The notes beneath the pieces are model-generated. The model saw only the letters and a list, made by a program, of their open reading frames with translations. It did not search any database and had not been told where the DNA came from. A DNA stretch of 61,182 bases from an uncultured bacterium (GTDB lineage Bacteria > Patescibacteriota > Dojkabacteria > SC72), in NCBI GenBank assembly GCA_903840015.1, contig CAIMEL010000008.1, forward strand, positions 1 through 61,182, read 5' to 3'. The translations under genes were made by a program, and so were the position numbers. Below are positions 57,240 through 61,182 of this stretch, in pieces (the stretch's first letter is position 1; each line of letters starts with the position of its first letter).

Positions 57240-57926
57240 ATGACTATTCCAATTGGAACAATAATTAATATCGGCGCAGTAATATTAGGAGGGAGTATAG
57301 GGTTAGTTGTAAAACAAAATCTACCAGAAAGATACAAACTTATCATTTTTCAAGGAATAGGACTATTTACCATACTCCTTGGCATATCAATGGCTACACC
57401 CTTACCCAATCCACTACTCGTTGTCTTTGCCATACTCATTGGAGGTACTATCGGAGTAGCCCTAAAATTAGAGAGAAGGATGGAAACCCTTTCTACGGAT
57501 ATTGGAAAGAACTTAAAATTAAAGGACTCAAAATTTAACGAAGGATTAGTAACCGCCTTTCTTATCTACTGTATTGGTTCAATGACAATACTAGGATCAA
57601 TAAATGAAGGTATAAATGGTGACAATAGTCTGTTACTAACCAAATCTGTAATGGATGGATTCACATCAATTGCCCTTGCCTCGACATTCGGAGTTGGGGT
57701 ACTCTTCTCGACCATTCCAATGCTAATCTTCCAAGGAGGCTTAACAATTTTAGCTTCGTTCTTGGGAGCTTTCTTTACAGAAAGTTTAATTCAATACCTA
57801 TCTTGCATTGGTGGGATATTAATAATAGGGGTAGGAATAAATCTGCTAGAATTGAAAAAGATCTCAGTCTTAAACTTACTACCCTCCTTGATAATCATAA
57901 TCGTCCTCTACCTGTTATTCTCCTAG
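57240..57926 (+). CDS. DUF554-family membrane protein
   Basis: GTIINIGAVILG, YCIGSMTILG, KSVMDGF, VLNLLPSL. Confidence 0.88.
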   Translation: MTIPIGTIINIGAVILGGSIGLVVKQNLPERYKLIIFQGIGLFTILLGISMATPLPNPLLVVFAILIGGTIGVALKLERRMETLSTDIGKNLKLKDSKFNEGLVTAFLIYCIGSMTILGSINEGINGDNSLLLTKSVMDGFTSIALASTFGVGVLFSTIPMLIFQGGLTILASFLGAFFTESLIQYLSCIGGILIIGVGINLLELKKISVLNLLPSLIIIIVLYLLFS

Positions 57927-58529
57927 ATGATCCCAGCCTTCATCATAGAAAATTTTCTCCACTCCCGTTTCATAATTATTACATAGCTCTTTCTCCTTAA
58001 ACCATATCTTTAATTCTCTTTCAGCATTCTCAACCGAATCAGAGGCATGTAACATAGTCCTTGTAGACCTAGAAACATAGTCCGCAAGAGCATATGTATC
58101 CAAAGAGTAATCATCCCTAATGGTACCAACATCACCATCTGCTGGACTTGTACTTCCCAAAACTTTTCTCACCTGAGCTATAACCCCGAATCCTTCTAAG
58201 ACCATTGCAACTATTGGACCACAGGTTAAATAGTCAATATTCCTCTGCCTAATAATCTTACCTTTTTCCAAAGAATTCCAATTAGTAACATCCTCACCTC
58301 TTGCGATAGCGCCCTTCTTAGCTTTCTCCCCTGTTTCAATTAAGTAGGATTCTTCGTTAATATAGTGGTCTCCGACTTGTTCTTTTGTAGCATTCAACAT
58401 CTTCAAACCAATTATCTTGAAACCTTTTCTCTCAAATCTGGAAAGAATTTCACCAACTATTTGCCTTTGTAACACATCAGGCTTAATTAGAAGCAAACTT
58501 CTCTCTAAAGCGATCTTTGGTCTTTTCAT
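57915..58529 (-). CDS. ndk: Nucleoside diphosphate kinase
   Basis: ERSLLLIKPD, RFERKG, GPIVAMV, GTIR.D, HASDS. Confidence 0.92.
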   Translation of the reverse strand: MKRPKIALERSLLLIKPDVLQRQIVGEILSRFERKGFKIIGLKMLNATKEQVGDHYINEESYLIETGEKAKKGAIARGEDVTNWNSLEKGKIIRQRNIDYLTCGPIVAMVLEGFGVIAQVRKVLGSTSPADGDVGTIRDDYSLDTYALADYVSRSTRTMLHASDSVENAERELKIWFKEKELCNNYETGVEKIFYDEGWDHLGE

Positions 58530-58579
58530 GTAGCAAGTATTGTTAAAATGTTAGATAATACTAAGCATAACAAATATAT

Positions 58580-60226
58580 ATGAAAAACCAAAGTAACAAG
58601 AAAATATTAGATATCTTTTCATCCATCGCAAATGAAGAACGATGGGAGGAGAATTCACTGAACAAAATCTTAAGAAAATACAAAAAAGATGATGGCACAC
58701 TATTTCGTAATGATGAATTAGTAAGATACTTCAAAGAGTTATCTAAGAGCCAACTCATACCAGATGAGAAGAAGGTAAAAGAAAGAATACGTCTCAGACC
58801 AACAAGAAGCAACTCAGGTGTTAGCGTAGTTACAGTACTGACCAAACCGTTTCCTTGCCCCGGGAACTGTATATACTGTCCAAATGACCCATTGATGCCC
58901 AAAAGCTATATCTCCTCTGAGCCAGGAGCACAGAGAGCCCTAGCAAGTAAATTTGATCCATATGCGCAGGTATTTAACAGATTGGTAGCTTTGAATAATG
59001 TTGGCCATAATATTGAAAAGGTTGAGCTACTAATTCTTGGAGGAACATGGAGTGCATATCCTGAAAGCTATCAGATATGGTTTGTGAATGAGTGTTTCAG
59101 GGCTATGAATGATATGACCGAAGATATTACTGAATATGTTACACCACAAGAAAATAGCTATACTGAAACTGATTGGGATATTTTAGAACATAGCCATACG
59201 ATTAATGAGAAAGCATATTGTAGAAATGTAGGTTTAGTTTTGGAAACTAGACCCGACTATGTCTCTGACGAAGAGGTACTAAGAATGAGAAGATTAGGAG
59301 CCACAAAGATACAGTTAGGAATACAATCATTGGATGATGAAATTTTGAGATTGAATGGAATTGGTAGAACAGTTGAGGATACGCAGAAGGCATTTGCACT
59401 ATTAAGACGAGCTGGTTTCAAGATACATGGGCATTGGATGCCTAATCTCTACGGATCTGCTGTTGAAAAAGATATTAATGATTACAAATTGCTGTGGAGT
59501 GACAGATTCTCACCCGATGAATTAAAAATCTATCCGACTTCAGTAATACCAAATACTGCACTACATACTCTGTACAAAGAGAAGAAATATATACCATATA
59601 CCGAGGGAGAGTTGATCAATGTTCTATGTAAGACTATTCCTTCAACGCCTAGATACTGTAGACTTTCAAGAATAATTAGGGATATACCTTCAGAGGAGAT
59701 TGTGGCAGGTAACAAGAGAACAAATCTGAGACAGATTGTTGAAGACAGATTGAGAGAGAAAGGGATAAAGATTCAAGATATTCGAAGTAGAGAGATACGT
59801 GGACAGGAGATTATTTTGAGTGAGATTGAAGAGGAAGAAATTAAGTACAATACAACTGTTAGTACAGAGTATTTTCTTAGTTACAGAAGTAAGAAGGATG
59901 ACAGACTTTGTGGATTTTTAAGACTTTCTATTCCAAAGAAAGAGTATATAAATGATAACTTTGTAAGAGAGCTTAATGACAACTCAATTATTAGGGAGAT
60001 TCATGTATATGGTAAGGTTGTTGGTATTGATGAGAATACAGAAGGTGCTTCACAGCATTTAGGATTAGGAAGAAGATTGGTATCCAGGGCAGAGGAGATT
60101 ACAAAGAAGGAAGGAATACAAAAGATTTCAGTAATATCTGCCATAGGTACAAGGGAGTATTACAGAAAGCTTGGATACGAGATAAATGGAATGTATATGA
60201 CGAAACTGTTCATTTCTGAACATTAA
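58580..60226 (+). CDS. elp3: Elp3-family tRNA U34 acetyltransferase (radical SAM + KAT)
   Basis: CPGNCIYCP, PKSY...EP, KVELLILGGT, ETRPD, LGIQS, DELKIYP, IIREIHVYG, QHLGLG, GTREYYRKLGY. Confidence 0.92.
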   Translation: MKNQSNKKILDIFSSIANEERWEENSLNKILRKYKKDDGTLFRNDELVRYFKELSKSQLIPDEKKVKERIRLRPTRSNSGVSVVTVLTKPFPCPGNCIYCPNDPLMPKSYISSEPGAQRALASKFDPYAQVFNRLVALNNVGHNIEKVELLILGGTWSAYPESYQIWFVNECFRAMNDMTEDITEYVTPQENSYTETDWDILEHSHTINEKAYCRNVGLVLETRPDYVSDEEVLRMRRLGATKIQLGIQSLDDEILRLNGIGRTVEDTQKAFALLRRAGFKIHGHWMPNLYGSAVEKDINDYKLLWSDRFSPDELKIYPTSVIPNTALHTLYKEKKYIPYTEGELINVLCKTIPSTPRYCRLSRIIRDIPSEEIVAGNKRTNLRQIVEDRLREKGIKIQDIRSREIRGQEIILSEIEEEEIKYNTTVSTEYFLSYRSKKDDRLCGFLRLSIPKKEYINDNFVRELNDNSIIREIHVYGKVVGIDENTEGASQHLGLGRRLVSRAEEITKKEGIQKISVISAIGTREYYRKLGYEINGMYMTKLFISEH

Positions 60227-60677
60227 CCCTACCACCTACAAAATATGCAATATATACCTCCTTGTCATCCATACAGATCTTTTCTGTTTGCCTAAACTCC
60301 TCGATATCTCCTTCAATACTGTTTGTATATTTTAAATCTCCCTCTACATATGCACTTGGTCCCCTATGTACTAATACTCCATCTGGACCTTTTGACAGTG
60401 CTTTTCTTAAAAAATCATAAATATCTGAAAAGTTAACACCCTTAACTACCTTACCCCAATACACACATCTAAATATATCCTTACCATTTTTCCATATTGT
60501 TTCATTCCCAGAATATGGTTCTCCTCCATAGAATTCATCCTCATATGTAAAATTATCAATAGTGAGTTTTAATACCTTACCATTCTTACCATTATCTATA
60601 TATTTTGCAGTAGGATCAGCATATCCCTTTATGTTGAATTGTCTAAGGAGATCTTTTAGGGTGGTTTTGTCTAACAT
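60210..60677 (-). CDS. DUF5680-like protein
   Basis: YEDEFYGG..YSG.E.IW......Y.G, RGP..Y.EGD..Y.N...GD. Confidence 0.65.
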   Translation of the reverse strand: MLDKTTLKDLLRQFNIKGYADPTAKYIDNGKNGKVLKLTIDNFTYEDEFYGGEPYSGNETIWKNGKDIFRCVYWGKVVKGVNFSDIYDFLRKALSKGPDGVLVHRGPSAYVEGDLKYTNSIEGDIEEFRQTEKICMDDKEVYIAYFVGGRVNVQK

Positions 60678-60694
60678 AGAAATAACAGTGAAAT

Positions 60695-61108
60695 TTAAAA
60701 ATTCTTTACTAATTCATTCCTAATAGCTTCCAATAACTCCTCAGATGTTTCAAAACTATGATCTGTTTTGTAGTTGTGACCATACAGAGTATCTTCAAAG
60801 ATAACCCCCATGAATTCTCTTTTACTTTCATATCTCGGAATAAAATGACAATGCAAATGGCGTGTCTCATTACCCAAGAAAGAATAGTTAAACCAATCGA
60901 CATCAAAGGTTCTTTGGACTAATTCTCTTAAAACCTTCAATATTTGAAATAGCTCTTCTCTTTCTTCCAATGTTGCCTCTGTTAGATCTTCAGCACTCGA
61001 TCTTTTACACCAAATAACACATCTTCCCAAATAACCTTGATTCTCGTGTAGATATACGTCCCAATATGTATAACTTTTTAACAAATTTTTTGAAAAATCT
61101 TTTCCCAT
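60695..61108 (-). CDS. HIT-family nucleotide hydrolase
   Basis: FNYSFLGN..RHLHCHFIPR histidine triad. Confidence 0.9.
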   Translation of the reverse strand: MGKDFSKNLLKSYTYWDVYLHENQGYLGRCVIWCKRSSAEDLTEATLEEREELFQILKVLRELVQRTFDVDWFNYSFLGNETRHLHCHFIPRYESKREFMGVIFEDTLYGHNYKTDHSFETSEELLEAIRNELVKNF

Positions 61109-61182
61109 TTTTAGTACTCTAATACTACAATAATATTACCATGAATATGAAAACAAAGAGAGAGGAAAAGACTGGGTGTGCA

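Noticed and set aside
520-60906. The many short opposite-strand or alternate-frame ORFs nested in long genes (e.g. 4240..4830, 48364..48975, 50640..51464, 52836..53255)
   Set aside because: Antisense shadows of well-supported CDSs, with no motifs or independent start signals
1-61182. IS elements, prophage genes, rRNA, tmRNA or tRNA introns
   Set aside because: No transposase, integrase or phage structural motifs, no rRNA-like tracts, and all six tRNAs are uninterrupted

Overview
AT-rich bacterial chromosome segment. Gene content, promoter style and many ORFans point to a Patescibacteria/CPR genome, possibly Dojkabacteria-like (inference; no rRNA in the window). The left half is mostly housekeeping: ileS, gltX, recA-recX-recJ, rmuC, eno, tsaD, trxA and six tRNA genes. 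The right half is accessory-rich: heliorhodopsin, aspS, a four-gene metabolic operon, an ECF sigma module, hydrolases, a five-gene secreted surface cluster, and Elp3. Strongest leads: (1) a protease / triple-repeat adhesin / DUF916-LysM / WxL-like subunit cluster (49576-56592) that looks like an usher-less, sortase-less pilus or attachment system; (2) an ileS T-box riboswitch combining an Actinobacteria-type ultrashort Stem I with a transcriptional terminator; (3) a PLP enzyme / degenerate RpiB / SDR / GlnD-like nucleotidyltransferase operon; (4) AspRS fused to a degenerate nucleotidyltransferase-like head domain; (5) a heliorhodopsin with both conserved histidines replaced by Leu; (6) a TsaC-TsaE fusion; (7) a 657-bp integrase-less mini-island at tRNA-Asp carrying an unannotated 32-aa Lys-rich ORF; (8) a GGDEF gene split by one in-frame TAG. 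All family assignments come from manual motif recognition; no database searches were run.
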